A DNA stretch of 64,000 bases from Phoronis australis (lineage: Eukaryota; Animalia; Phoronida): NCBI GenBank assembly GCA_002633005.1, contig NMRA01000271.1, positions 79,588 to 143,587 of the forward strand, written 5' to 3'. Below the pieces are notes generated by a model. It saw only the letters and a list, made by a program, of their open reading frames with translations. It had not been told where the DNA came from and made no database searches. The translations under genes and the position numbers were made by a program. This document shows positions 45,501 to 57,700 of the stretch, piece after piece. How positions within the stretch are numbered: position 1 is the stretch's first letter; every line of letters starts with the position of its first letter.

Positions 45501-48500
45501 GGTGACCAGGATGGGAGGAACTACGGGGGGGGGGGGGGGGGGGGGGNGGGGTGACTCAAGTTACCAGGGGTGCCGATCGTTTTATAGCTTAAGGGTCCAG
45601 ACTTTTTATTTGCATTCAGTTTAGACCACTCCCAAAATGTAGTTTCAATTGTTTCTTCTCGGCCGACCCTCACTGCTCTGAGCTGGGTGGGTCGAAAGGT
45701 AGATTGTTGTGTTTTTAAACGTTTAATTGTGGGGTCACGATCATTTTTGTTTCAAACAAAATGTCGAATTAAGAATTGGATTATTATTCTTTTGTGAGAT
45801 ATCAAATAGTTTGAGTCGCGTACATTTTTTACGATCTGCCGCACGAAGGGAAACCAATAATTTACGCTTTACGTGTAATTTTTGTCGCGTATTTTGTCAT
45901 CATGAGCTGGATATTTGCAGCAATGAAGAACATGATTTAACTCACAGTTTTGGGGAGTTCGGGGTCCCCTTATCTCCCCGTGACTTAATGCTTGATAAGA
46001 ATCCTCTTATTGAACAATTATAAATGTAACCCCAAAATCCTTAAATTTACGTTGTAGAATGTCGTTTCCAAGGATCCGTGTTCCCACCTGGAGCTAAGTG
46101 GCATCCTTATGTTCACCCATTCGGAACCGTCAAATGCGTGACATGCGCATGTTCGGTAAGTGTTTGATGATTACGTTATACTAAACATTGTGTAGCGAAA
46201 GTAATGTCAAAACATATTGACTTAACTTGATTCAGTCCGACGTTTCAGTAGAGTCAACCGTCCGAGGCATCTGACCGTTAGGAAATCGGTCTCAAATTGT
46301 TCCTTCAATACGTGGGAACGCACGCCTGGATTGAAGCCGGCTACTTTGCAGTAGCGCAAAATCAAGAGTTTTAATTCTTAATTTAAAAGTTGTATTTGGA
46401 AAATTTGATTGGTTACACTAGATGAAAGTGCACCCCGCCGTACTTTGTATCTCAGTTATATAAAGCAGTCTGTCTGAGTTTGTATCAACGTAGGTACCGT
46501 CTATCTCAGTGTAACTTAAATCTCGCTTGTTTTCAGGACGGGAAAGCATCGTGCCAAAGAAAAGGGTGCAACTGCAAAAGGAAGGAATACGCAAAGGATT
46601 CCTGCTGTGCTCAAACATGCTCAAAAGGTAAACACCATGATTAGTTACGTAACAAGTTGACATACAACTGTTTGCAATGACAGAGAAATTTTCATTTCTT
46701 GGAATGAACTCATTGGACATTGGATTGACCCTCGCAACGATATTGAAACTTTGTTATTATGCACTTACGGATTTGACATAATATGGTTTCAACAAGGCAT
46801 AGGTGTTGAAGAGGCTTTTATCGTTGCTTTTGAACAAAGTGTTAAAGAGCGCTTTCTTCAGGAGTGGCACTTCGGTATTAAAGATGCGCCTCTGTTAAAA
46901 TGGACTCTAAATCTTTACCCCATGTGTTTATTATTGCATATGCTCGTGCATGTGTTCCAGCTATGGGTTGTATTGAAACTAGCAGGTATACAAACATTGA
47001 TAGAAAATTCCGTCTTTGTCCTCTTCGTCGCAAATATGTGGAGGATGAGTTTCATTTTGTTTGTGTGCGTTCTGAATTTTTCGTCACTGAGACGCGTTTT
47101 CCGTCCCTTCTAGTCCTTACAAACTGTCCAACAGGTTTGAATTTCAACGATTCTTCAATCGTAGTGATCCTACAATTCAAACAGCATTTGTTTAGTTTGT
47201 CTGCTATGCCTCCACCGCTTGTGAAAAAGCTTTTAAATTGGTTTTCAGTAACAGTATATGTGTGTGATATGCGTATGTCTGTATACAGTTTCCACTTCAC
47301 GCAACGTGCTATACTGTTGAGTATTTATACGGGCCTATGCGCCTTGCATTGTGTTAGAGAAAATTTCTACACTTCTGTTTCTGTATCTAACGATTCATGA
47401 AGCTAATTTTCGAGGACACCCAATTTACTTAAAATTTACTCCTGTTAGTAACACTTTTTAAACACTTCTTACGTCATGTTTATGGCCCACACATACGTAG
47501 GGTGAAGGGGGTGCATATTACGCGCCACTATGGGCTTCTGGGCGTCTAATGTCCGCTGTTGTATCTCCTGAACCTTTTTTATCTTAATGAGAGTTGGAAG
47601 ATGTGTTTCTAAGATGCTGTTTACAGATGAGTAGCTCCTTTGGATTTCATTAACAGATTTTCATGAAGGTTGGTGGATAGTTTTCTATTTGGGAGACGAC
47701 GACGGGTTCGCCGTATTCCGCGCCATCTAATGTCCATTTGGTGATACTAATACGCATATCGTTTGCGGTTTGGCGTGGGCGCCTTCAACGAGCCACGTTG
47801 CTCTTGTTTTCAAAATAAAAAGAATTTAATGCAGAAATTTTAAAGCGGCGTTAAAAACATTTTATTATGCGCTCACATTTAAAATGTGGGTGCATATTGC
47901 CGTCATCTCTGTCTGGGCGTCCGGCGTCTGTCTGTGTCTCCTAAACCCCTGACAGGATCTTGATGAGATTTGGCAGATGTGTTCCTGTGAAGCTGACAAC
48001 GGATGACATCGAATTTCGGACGGATCCAACCATTGGTGTGCCCCCTAGATGCAATTTTAGTTTTTTGTGTTTACCTCTGTATCTTTAAAGGTCCTCAACG
48101 GATTTTCATGAAATTTGGCACAGAGGCATCTATTAGCGAATTGACACTATCCTCCTGTTTTCGGATGGACTCGATGTATCTTGCGCCACCTAGTGGCCAT
48201 TTTTACTGTTATCGAGTCTGTTTTTGGTGTCCGCTCCTTTATCAACCAAACCTATCAAAGGATGATTGTGAGAATTAGCATATATGTTTTTTAGTGTGAA
48301 GACGACAGACGACAATGATTTTCCAACGACTTTGACTACTGTGGCGCCCATAGCTGTATCTTCTAAACCCCTTACAAGATCTTGATGAGATTTGGCAGAT
48401 ATGTTCCTACGAAGCTGACGACGCATGATGACGAATTTTGGACGCTTACGACAATCTCTGTTCCCCCTAGTGGCAATTTCAGATTTTTACGTTTACATCT

Positions 48501-50455
48501 GTATGTTCAAAGGTCCTCAACGGATTTCCATAATACTTTGTAGAAAGGCATCTATTATTTTAGGATGGATTCGAGGTATTTGGCGATGTTTACTGTTTTC
48601 GAGTCTCTTTTTTTTTTTTTTTGGCGTTCGCCCCTCTGTCAGCCAAACCACTCGAAGAATGATTGTGAGAATTGGCATATGTGTTCTTGGTGTGAAGAGA
48701 ACGGTTGGCGTTGCTTTTCTGACGACTTCGACTACTTTGGCGCCTCGTAGTGGAAGTTTTTTTGCGCCCACAGCTGCATCTCCTGAAGCCACAACAGTAT
48801 CTTGATTAAATTAACAAGTGTATTTATGTGAAGCTGACAACAGGCGACGATGGCTTTCTGACGGGTCCAATAAACGCTGTGCCCTTTGGTGGCACTTTAA
48901 GTTTTTTCATTTTCTTTTGTTTCTTTGTTGTTCCAGTGCGGATTTTTATGGACTTTGGCAAATAGGTTTCCATGAAAGAAACGATGGCATTTTCCCAATT
49001 TCGGAGGGATTTGACGTTTTTTGCGCCACCTAGCAGCCATTTTTACTGTTTTAGTTCTTGCTGTTTGTCATGTGCTCCTTTATTCACCAAACCACTGTAA
49101 GGATGATTATGAAAATTGACACGTGTTCCTACTGATAAAAGGATCGCTTACGATGATCTTCAGAAAGCTCCAACTACAGTGGTTCCTCCTAGTGGCAGTT
49201 TTTGTGTCCGTTGGTATATCTCTTAAACCCGCTGCAGTACCTTTATGAATTTTTTTCTGTCTTCGGTATCTTTGGAGTTGAGCGTTTTCATGTGGATTTG
49301 ACGTAGTGCACGCCACCTAGTGGCTCATTTTGTTATATTTGAGTCTGTTTTAGCGAAACCACTGGTACGATAACTATGAAAATAATTTGTCATTCATGTT
49401 CTTACTCGGAAGAGGACAGCTGACCTTAATTTTTGAATAGCATCGACCATTGTGGTGCCCCCTAGTGCATATTTTGTGTCTGTGGCTGTGGTTCCTAGTG
49501 GCAATTTGCTTCAAGTTTGCATTTTGGAGATTTTAGATGGATTTGTATGAAACTGGGCAAATAGGTTTGAGAGACGACGGCACCTTTCCATATTTGGATA
49601 GGTTCAATGTATTCTGTGCCATCTAATGCACCATTTTTATGATATGAAATACACCCCCTAGAAACACACAGTTCGCGTTGCAGTCATGGGGGCGCATTTC
49701 AATGCTCCGCATTACAAAATTAGACTTAACTTACTCATACGTGATCTCTCAGGAAGAACCGACAGTTTGTTATTTTTTAGATGTTAAGCTCATAACCTTT
49801 CAGGTCACCGCATGGGCAATAGTCGAATATAACGACTGCCCATGTTTTGAGAACCAGTTTGATATCCGTTATTCAGTGGAGAAAACTGGTTCTCTAAATG
49901 CGGGCACGTTGTATCCTACCATTACCCTTGGCATGACCTAAGAAAGAAATAGCGAACTCTGGCTGTCAGTTTTCTCGAATCCCCGAAAAAACCTCAGACT
50001 TGACTAAGGTGCTATTTGGGTCCAACTGCCTGGATTTTGACTGACGGCTTAACTGACCAATCAGAATGCAACATTTTTGACACACCTTTGTCTAAGTCTC
50101 CAAGCCGCCATTTTACCGGAAAACAACATGTCGTCGGTGACTTTTCACCGAAGGGAGCGGAGCTTGCGATTGGACAATTGACCTAAATGAAAAAAAATGT
50201 CTTTGGGAGAAAGTACGGGTTTGATGGCGCTTTAAAGTTTACTTCTGGTACGCGAAGTTGAACGACACACTATTCCATTTTAACTCTCGTTTTCAGCAAA
50301 TCAGATGAAGCTATTTAATTTCAGAACACGTCTCAGAAAACCCTCTTCCTGTTTCTAATCCGACTTTCCGTTAACTTGAGTTTGTCGCTGTTATTTTTCC
50401 AGGAAAAAAGCAAAAATCTAGGAAAAAGAAAAGCAAAGACTCGTCGCAAAGATAA
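28193..50455 (+). CDS. CHRD: Chordin / short gastrulation (secreted BMP antagonist), 18 coding exons, at least 866 aa; exon 11 truncated by an assembly gap
   Basis: Signal peptide MTLSVIAVVLCFSLDFSFA, then a 10-Cys VWC/CR1, a long CHRD-repeat region and three C-terminal VWC domains (WHPYVPPFGYSKCAVCFC, WHPYVHPFGTVKCVTCAC). The 1+3 CR layout is diagnostic. Exons join in phase via GT-AG except at the N gap. Confidence 0.93.
30908..31011 (+). CDS. CHRD: chordin exon 2 (CR1 N-half)
   Basis: GCKLGAEFYPLERTWSPEMEQIEGKLHCVQCVCLP. Confidence 0.88.
32219..32354 (+). CDS. CHRD: chordin exon 3 (CR1 C-half)
   Basis: VIKKGVLQQRGRVFCRNIKDECPTLTCGPNAMLLPNQCCKSCPGD. Confidence 0.92.
35919..36017 (+). CDS. 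CHRD: chordin exon 4 (linker)
   Basis: EPFTVKNIQSLVNTSPTDTRSMAVWRTGSDEGK; phase 1-1, splice sites fit. Confidence 0.65.
36227..36353 (+). CDS. CHRD: chordin exon 5 (CHRD)
   Basis: DFLALMTPRPQGTKSKRTKSKAVARAQLTLLQGDLHFSIKFD. Confidence 0.85.
36561..36781 (+). CDS. CHRD: chordin exon 6 (CHRD)
   Basis: IKKPKFIKVVDYQNTTLFEHE...VCAIWRNVPSVYMSFL...ELSGVIITHRGLKE. Confidence 0.87.
36984..37186 (+). CDS. CHRD: chordin exon 7 (CHRD)
   Basis: ESFSSLLSPTEPDGGAALAMMTM...FEITSD. Confidence 0.85.
37924..38065 (+). CDS. CHRD: chordin exon 8 (CHRD)
   Basis: TLEFVDMWSKLPKSRLKQLVRGRL...FRGQITVKQTCG. Confidence 0.87.
38364..38470 (+). CDS. CHRD: chordin exon 9 (CHRD)
   Basis: VYQAILSGNAKAGKSAAGAGGSAVLKIDTKGRVTYW. 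Confidence 0.87.
39002..39290 (+). CDS. CHRD: chordin exon 10 (CHRD)
   Basis: VHLIGLQSKVTSLALQT...GWANGTADRL...LKVNVQTEY...GVATI. Confidence 0.87.
39583..39704 (+). CDS. CHRD: chordin exon 11 (CHRD), 3' end lost at N 39705
   Basis: GSPLVMTGKSVDPPVATPASGLAWLTLGDDCNLQYQIYLGG, then N. Confidence 0.85.
40279..40392 (+). CDS. CHRD: chordin exon 12 (CHRD end)
   Basis: SSGLLSDISADLLNAINAGEASLEVTSKSHPKGIMNTK. Confidence 0.85.
40400..40554 (+). mobile_element. 155-bp MITE, copy 1 (chordin intron 12)
   Basis: Terminal inverted repeats cgttcagta(a)cgctaggacct; near-identical to 51184-51341. Confidence 0.8.
41852..42034 (+). CDS. CHRD: chordin exon 13 (CR2 N-half)
   Basis: VHIPNTCSH...KCLYEDTVYSDGQSWIPDGHQTCTACSCK. 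Confidence 0.92.
42500..42564. repeat. (GT)n microsatellite
   Basis: About 30 GT/GC dinucleotides. Confidence 0.95.
43034..43252 (+). CDS. CHRD: chordin exon 14 (CR2 C-half / CR3 N-half)
   Basis: TGKILCHVAECPKLDCDNPIPVEGECCPQC...WHPYVPPFGYSKCAVCFCK. Confidence 0.95.
44343..44523 (+). CDS. CHRD: chordin exon 15 (CR3 C-half + linker)
   Basis: GDSAYDCKKLACPRLDCPDSVAIRRNPGDCCKVCP...LQGDTVIG. Confidence 0.92.
45170..45440 (+). repeat. Dispersed repeat; other copies on the minus strand at ~56530-56775 and ~63700-63930
   Basis: Shared gatttcctc...tgcaaaaa...cacctggaaa...tttttgtc.ttggtcat blocks in all three places. Confidence 0.65.
46058..46155 (+). CDS. CHRD: chordin exon 16 (CR4 N-half)
   Basis: ECRFQGSVFPPGAKWHPYVHPFGTVKCVTCACS. 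Confidence 0.92.
46537..46627 (+). CDS. CHRD: chordin exon 17 (CR4 C-half)
   Basis: DGKASCQRKGCNCKRKEYAKDSCCAQTCSK. Confidence 0.85.
46690..47230 (+). mobile_element. Degenerate 3' fragment of a LINE ORF2
   Basis: WFQQGIG...FEQSVKERFLQEW and IETSRYTNIDRKFRLCPL..KYVEDEFHFV resemble the C-terminal IExGRY..R.C..C..EDExHF motif of non-LTR elements; frameshifted. Confidence 0.65.
47490..49710 (+). repeat. Complex repeat with ~140-bp subunits and ~420-bp higher-order period, carrying CTCF-like motifs
   Basis: gatcttgatgagatttggcagat.tgttcct..gaagctgac recurs at ~47956, ~48378 and (degenerate) ~48797; gccacctagtggc-type motifs recur throughout. Confidence 0.75.
50403..50455 (+). CDS. CHRD: chordin exon 18 (putative terminal, basic tail)
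   Basis: Strong acceptor ttatttttccag; phase 1 gives GKKQKSRKKKSKDSSQR*; followed by AT-rich 3'UTR-like sequence. Confidence 0.6.
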
Positions 50456-51183
50456 GCAACTTTTGGAGAGATTACCCGACGAAGTTTGATTACATAGACA
50501 ATAAGTTCACGGACCCCTTTTCGCTGTAAACGGCACCCGAGTGAACATGCGGTTTGGAGGCCCCGTGCATTTTCTCCAATTTATTGGAACTTCTAAATGT
50601 GTTTTGATAAGTTATTAATTAAGCCATAACCTGGTTGTAAAATTGCTAAAACAAGGTACCTGTTACCAATTTGTATATAACTTTTAAGAAGAGAATTATT
50701 TAGCTCTGTAAATAAGTAGATTTTTACTATTTTCTCAGTCTCTGTTCATTTGATAAGAAATTGTTTTTCTAGTCAGGTACGCGATTTCATTGCCCTACTT
50801 TTGAATCTATTGAAGTGAAATCTTTGTACATATTTTAGCTCTTTTATTTTATACTTTGTCTTATCCCTATAACTAGACAAGGTGTCAAAATACAAGTGTA
50901 CATGTATTAACAGGATTTGTTTTATTCACTAAAACCAGATGGTGACAGACCTACGACTATACTGGACTGAGCAAATCATTCTTAAAATATATATATTACA
51001 CGACTAAGCCAACGTTTCGTTATAAGACCTTTAAGTGACTTATTCTCCTAGAAAAGTGTTTTTTAGATCAGCACCAAGACGAATTCGAACTCGTGACCTC
51101 GGCGGTCGCAAGCCACATTTTTGACAGGAGCCCGAAAACAGAGTAATCTTTCCTTGCCTTCAGGCACGTCTTGCGTGAGAAAC

Positions 51184-51341
51184 CAGCCTCCCGTTCAGTA
51201 ACGCTAGGACCTCGCTAAAAAGCAAGACTTCGCGAGATTACGTGAGATATTGCCGTGCATTTTAAATGAGAACACGTGACTTTGACTAGGTTTTAGCTAG
51301 GTCCTACCGTAGGTCCTAGCGTCTACTGAACGCACGCCTGG
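51184..51341 (+). mobile_element. 155-bp MITE, copy 2
   Basis: Near-identical to 40400-40554. Confidence 0.8.
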
Positions 51342-53792
51342 TAATGGTTGGTTACTTAGCGTCAAGTTATCTATTTTCCTTTGGAACGAATCGCTGCAGT
51401 TCTCCACTCATTCCAAAGTTGGTGGAACAAGACAGGTGAAGTTCAAACTAAGCCACGCTATTTCATCTCGGTATAAAAAACCCCAAAGCCGCGTGTCTTA
51501 CATTCGAAAACACTAATTGCGAAAAACTCAAACGGGTTCCCCAGAAAAATCCGATCCGCGATTATTGTTAGAAAATGCAAAGACTTGTGACTTTGAGGAT
51601 TTTAGCAGCCTTATTCGCCAAACTCGGTTCCACCAACTTTAAACCAGCAATTAACCCGCTTTTCGCTGTCAAATATTGAAGTTTGACTTAGACCACTTTT
51701 CGTTGTAAAGTCGGTCTCAAATTATTCCCTACTCAGATAAGAAATGATTTCCGTGCGCGCTATGGAAGAACTCAATTCCCTAGTGATTGAGACCGTGTTC
51801 GTTGCTTAAAATGACAAGCCGCGATAATTCAACTTCGTTATCGAGCCTCATCTCAAACAACAACAAACTTCCTGAGCTCAAGATTCTCTATTCTGAATAA
51901 GAAACAAACCGTAACACGTGTTAGAGCAGTAATTGGTCTAACTCATGTTTTTACTTAAGGCTTGTGTATAGTTGCTTTAAGACGGTGGGTGAGTAGCCAA
52001 TTTCGTGATCGGGGATAGGAAACTTACGTTTTGTTTTCCCAATCCGAAACCGCGGAATTCAAAAGGACTCAGATTAGCGGCCGTAATTTTTGTTGAGGTA
52101 GTCAATGTGCCCTATATCTGGCGGTCCACGGTAAGAACCGCGCTTCATAGAGTGACGCTGCAAAGTTTCCGGAATTGACCCAGAATGGTCGAAGGTTGAA
52201 ATTATTGTCGATCACTCGAGTGTCAAGACTCGCAGTCCATCGTTCTGCAGGTGAGTTATTGAATAGGAATACATACCCGACGCTCGATGTTCAAAAGAAA
52301 ACTCAAGCGCTCCATTCACCTGCAGACATGTAGAAAACTGGTGTGCTGCCTAGATGAAGAACAGTTGCAATTATAAAATAACTATTTCAAACAAGTTCAA
52401 CTTTGTGGTAATGTCAAATTATCATTTGTTATTGTATCGGAAGATTTTATCAAAGATTTTATAGTCGGTATGACGTATCTAGGATGTTGTGGGGCAAGGA
52501 GGCAACCAGTTTTAGGTGGCACTGAATAGTTAGGATGCGGCCGCGGCCAATTTGCACTGCCAAAATATTAAAATTTTGGGGTAGGCCAAGTTTGGGGGCA
52601 TTTGGTAGGTGGGCATTGTATGTAGGCTCAGTGAATGTGGTTTGTTTGTATTTGTGAACATGCTCAGAATACAAAAGGCCACTTTCTCGGCTGCAGCTGC
52701 ACTCTTCTTCAAGATGGCGACCCCCGGTTGCAATTGTGCATTGCTGGGTAGCGACTGAGAAATTGGCTGCGATTTTAGGTAGCCCTCAAACAAGCCAGAA
52801 TTGCCAAAAAACTAGTCGGCTTACAGTACTTGTGGGCCACATTTTCGGAATCTGGAGGAAATTTGCTTTCAGAATCTCTTGTTGGTTGTACTCGTGCATC
52901 GGCAGGGAAGTGGTGTTTTTGGGGTTAAAAGTGCCGATTTTGCACTTTTTTGTCCCTAGTTTTCTTAGTCTAGCTTGGGTTTTCAGTGGGATTGAAAGGG
53001 TCAAAAATACAAGAGAGAATAAAGTTTCTGCGCTCATTTGCAGGGCTTTTTATGTGAAATAACTGAAACTCTGCGAAACCCAGTGAGACCTGTTCTGTGC
53101 CTCCTTAGCAAGACAATTCCGGAGTGTCGTAAAATCGACATGGTGATGGCGTATTTTTGGTCGCGTCCTCCCAAGACCGCCAAGTTCATACTTGGTAACC
53201 CCAACATAGAAACCCGAGAGTTGACACATTAGATTCTGGACCCTTGTCCTATCTGAAAAAAATCACGAACGTCTTACAAGAATCTGCTTAATACAAGAGT
53301 TTTACTCTGGGACCCTATTTCCAAAGCCGAATTTACAGATTACGCAATTAAACAGCTACCCTTTTCTGAGATTGAAAATGGGTTAAATGAAGCTAAGTTC
53401 AGGAAAAAAACGCCCCCTTTTAATGTTAACAAAATATTGAGAGGGTGCATAACAAAACATTGTTAGGGAAACGGGCACCTCCATCCGTGGTTCGTTATCC
53501 AAGTGTTAACTAATAGTCGCCAAGTATAAACACACTACACACGTCTCCTGGGCTAGGTTCCCTAGACAAAGGAACCTACGAAATTACAGATTACCTTTTT
53601 CACTTGCAATACCGAGATATCTCGTGAGATCTCGCGTTTTTGCAAGACCTTTACCTATGAAGAACGTATGCCTGGTCTTTTTGCCAAGAAGCAAATACTT
53701 TAACCCAGTTTCTGAAATTTTGGTGGTGAAACTGACATTTTCAAATTCACAATTATTGTACAACTAGAAAGCACAACTTACTAAAAATTCAT

Positions 53793-53798
53793 TTTATT
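53793..53798 (-). terminator. Probable WTAP polyadenylation signal AATAAA
   Basis: AATAAA on the minus strand about 450 nt after the stop, with U/GU-rich sequence downstream. Confidence 0.55.
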
Positions 53799-54246
53799 AA
53801 CATAAAAATTATCATTACATTTATATTATGTCCAACGACATTGTGACAACACAGTCTATGTTGTGTAAAAATATTTCAAGACCTACTTTCATCATAACAG
53901 CAGTCAAGGTTTCATGGACATATCTAAAACCCCTCATTTTTTAACAGGAACAGTTCCTGCAAATTATAGAACCTACTTGTCTAACCAATGTACTAGGGTC
54001 ATGAATCAACACATGCTGATGTGTTTTGACGGTATGGTTTCTCAAGAAACTGAGGTACCAATGAGGAAGGCATGTATTAAGAAAGCAACATTAACATCAT
54101 GGCAACTCTTAAAAACACCTGTGAACATAAAACATTTTTTTACTTAACTTTCTAAAGTGATTTGGCCAAGAAACATTAACATCTACGATAAAGAAACCTT
54201 CCAAAGTTTGACAAAACCAACAACAATCTAGCTTCACTACTGCCTT

Positions 54247-54734
54247 CTAATAGGTAGGTGATCCAATCCCATTCTCTACAGCGTCAGTTTCCATTGACGC
54301 TGATTCTGAAGTTTTTTCCTTATCCGGTTTTTCTGAACTTTCTTTATAAGGGTCAGGACTCCAGGTGTCAGTGTCTTCTGTATAATGCGTCCTTTGATCT
54401 GCGACACAATTGTCAGCGGCGGGTTCGTAACCATTCCCTTCAGTTCTGTTGTCCGTTTCCATCACCGCATCAGTTTCTGTGGTCTCCGTTTGATTTGTCT
54501 CTTCGATTTCGCAACCGATTTCCGCTTCGTCATCAACTGCGCCAATGTGTGAAGTCCGTTGCAGTTCTGCACTGCTGCTGCTGCCCTCTGCGGGCTGTAG
54601 TCCGTTCTGCGTCAACTGCTGCTCGTAGCGACTGATTTGCTCCTTGGCTTCTTTTAACTGTTGCTGCAGTAAGTAAATCGTGCTCTGCATACCTTCGACG
54701 TCCTCATCCAGCTCTCCAAGGAACTCGTCAGTCT
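54247..54734 (-). CDS. WTAP: WTAP coding exon 6 (terminal)
   Basis: ETDEFLGELDEDVEGMQSTIYLLQQQLKEAKEQI plus an acidic low-complexity tail to the stop. Confidence 0.94.
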
Positions 54735-57700
54735 CTGAAACACAACACACAATGCAGCAAGTCTGGCATGGTACCGACTAGAACTGAACAAGCACAGCAA
54801 ACAATGACATTGTTTAAATCTAAGTCAATAGTTATTAAAGTTGATTGCAAAAACAGTGAACACGAGTCCCGTGTTGTTTTCACAGACTATACAACAACGA
54901 CGTGAAACAATAACTAGCTAAAACAATAAAAAACGCAAAGCTGGGAGACCGTTCCATGTGACAGGGCCTTTCTTTATATTGAAATGACTTTATTCCCAAA
55001 TGTTTCCTTGACCTACAGCACACTGAGGGTATGCTTGGCACATAAACTATAGCCAGTGGCTTTAACTATTTTCAGCTTCTGTGGCTAATTAGAAGTTTTG
55101 GAAACTATCTCTTGTTGCATTTAGCTTCTGGTGTTCTCTCTGAAGTCTGTTCTACAGAGAGTTAAAAGAGAAAACATAGTAAAGGTAATTAATTGTAAAA
55201 CCTCATTAAGCCCTTTCACATTTCATTAAATAACTTTGTTTTCAACTGCCTATTTTAACCAATAGAAGCTTATATTTTTGGAATTCTCCGCGACTGAAAA
55301 CTTTAAATTCATGTTTTAAAAGATCACACAATCGTTTACAATCACAGGACTACCTTTTTTCGTTTGCATACGAATTTCTAAAAAAAAAAATATTAAAGCT
55401 GCAGGAGACTTACAGTCAATACCGAAAGAATAATGTCATAAATTTTCATTTATCATCAAACAACAGAGATGTCCAGTCACCATTTAAAAAATGAGCCAAA
55501 TCTTCATTAATGACGTTAGATATCTTCATTGCGCGCAGGAAAATCAAAGTTTGAGACGCAGTACCCTCGACTACAGACGAAAAAATAAGTATGTAAATAT
55601 TGTGCGAATCGCACACTGAAGACAAATCGATGTTTAAAGAAGAACTTGCTGGCTAATTCTTTATCTCAGTGATTGCTTGGTCAAATTAGTAGGAAACAAC
55701 ATATAGCGAAGATGTGAATAATATTAAGTAAGTTGCAATTGCCAAAAGTTTTTAAGAATGAGTTTGGTGACGAGAATGATCTGCAAATCACTGAACCGTG
55801 TCCAGTAAGTATCGTGACGTACTGAGGAATAACACTGCATCATGTGGGCTATGTGAGCTCGCAAGGTACGTCATTAGTGCAGAGGTCGTCTACTAGCAGA
55901 ATTTTTTGTTTTCACATTTACAAGTTGTCAATGAATACAACAATTGCTGCATTTCGTAGATTATGTACAAATATCATTGTCGTTTAGTTCCTGCTATACA
56001 TGACCACAGACAGGTGCATGCATACACATCTTTAAAACACCTAAGATCACCAAAAATTGAAAGAACTGAAAATGGACAGTAAAGATTTGCAGTGTTATTG
56101 AAAGCAGTATAAGGCACGTGTGCTGCTAAAATAATCCCTTAAATAAATGTTACTGACAGCAATGCAAAATTAAGTTACAATTTTAAGCAATGTGTGAATG
56201 ATGCATTTTAGAAAAAAAAGCCAATTTAGCTAAAAACTATTATTGCTCGACGAGACAGACTTCGTCGCAGTTACTAGTGTTAGTCAGAGCTAAAAATGAC
56301 TTCCGTTGTCTTATATGATTTTATTACAAATTGACGAATCCCACCATTGTATGCAAGACATTCTCTGAAATCAAGGCCATTGACTTTACCTATTAATTAC
56401 GCTTCAAATACTCTAACTGCCATTTATTGAGGGGGATTTAGCTCTGCCAGCTTAGCATTCCTATGCAAACACAGGGCTCCACGTTTTATTCCCCACTGAG
56501 ACTGATCTCAGAAAATCCTTCTTCGAATCAATAATCAGGGCTTGGAATGACCAATGACAAAAAAGAAGAAGAATTTCCAAGTGACGTATTATTCCACAAA
56601 CAAACAGGCTTGTGTGACTGAACTATTATTGTGTTGTAAAATGTAACTGCAAGGAATACTTTTTTTGCATGAATTAAGTCAAAATAATGGTAAAAAAGAG
56701 ACAAAAAGAGGAAACTGGAAATCAAATAAGAGGAAATCGAAACCAAAGAAGAGGAAAACCTCTTAAATTCCAAGCCCTGAATAATGTCCCAGTTAATGTC
56801 CAAGTGCTGTGACACAAGAAATTTAGCCCTGCAGTGAACACAAGTCGTCTACAGTCACTTTTTGGCGGCACCATGCAATATTCGGGCAAGAAAATAACCA
56901 TTTTTATACTGAAGGAGCCTCACAATCATGCTAATATAACCATACTCGTATGCAAAAAATAATGACGGCATTTTCGTTAGAGAATTGACTGGTAAGCGCC
57001 CATCCCAAACACCCATGCTCAGCTAAACGCCCACCCTGATGTTTAAATTTCTTTATTTGACAACCCTGGGCAGTAACCAACATGAGTAGAGTAGGTTACT
57101 TCTCCACACATGAAACTTTCCACTAACAACTGCAGTGCTGAATACCGACATTCAGACAAAGGTCTTACCTCAGACCGAAATAACAATGTTGTCATTCCAA
57201 CACATGTGACATTGCACTGGTTGAACAATGCTGTTGACGTCATGGCAACAATCAAACTTTACGACTTAAAACTTTCATGAAACGAAACTCAGGTCACTAG
57301 CGTACATTACAATCACAATGGAGGAATGTGAAAGCACCCCTACACCCGTCTATTGTCAGACCCCTTTGGCCATGATCTTGGATTTGCCCCTCATGTCAAA
57401 TAACGTCTCTTATGTAGATTTGCACTTTGGAAAAATCGAAACGGTAAGACGGGAAAGTACACAACCAGCTCAGCCACTCTGCGGTTTAGAGAACAATGAT
57501 AAAACACAAGCAGAACGTACCAAAAAAAAACTTCATTGCCCAGAATACTCAATACAGTGATGGCAGCCGCAGACGCAGACATAGTGTAGACAAAACGAGA
57601 CTGTTTACCCTAACTTGCCGGCCACCGGCGCCGAACTCTACGAGCCCTTACCCTGCTGTGCTGTTTTCATTTCCTCGATCAGTTTGCGCTCTAGCGCAAT

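Noticed and set aside
46751-47400. Novel 120-aa and 166-aa proteins nested in a chordin intron
   Set aside because: They are overlapping frameshifted remnants of a LINE ORF2 C-terminus.
48003-49316. Cluster of short ORFs on both strands
   Set aside because: They arise from the tandemly structured repeat and show no consistent frame or recognisable domain.
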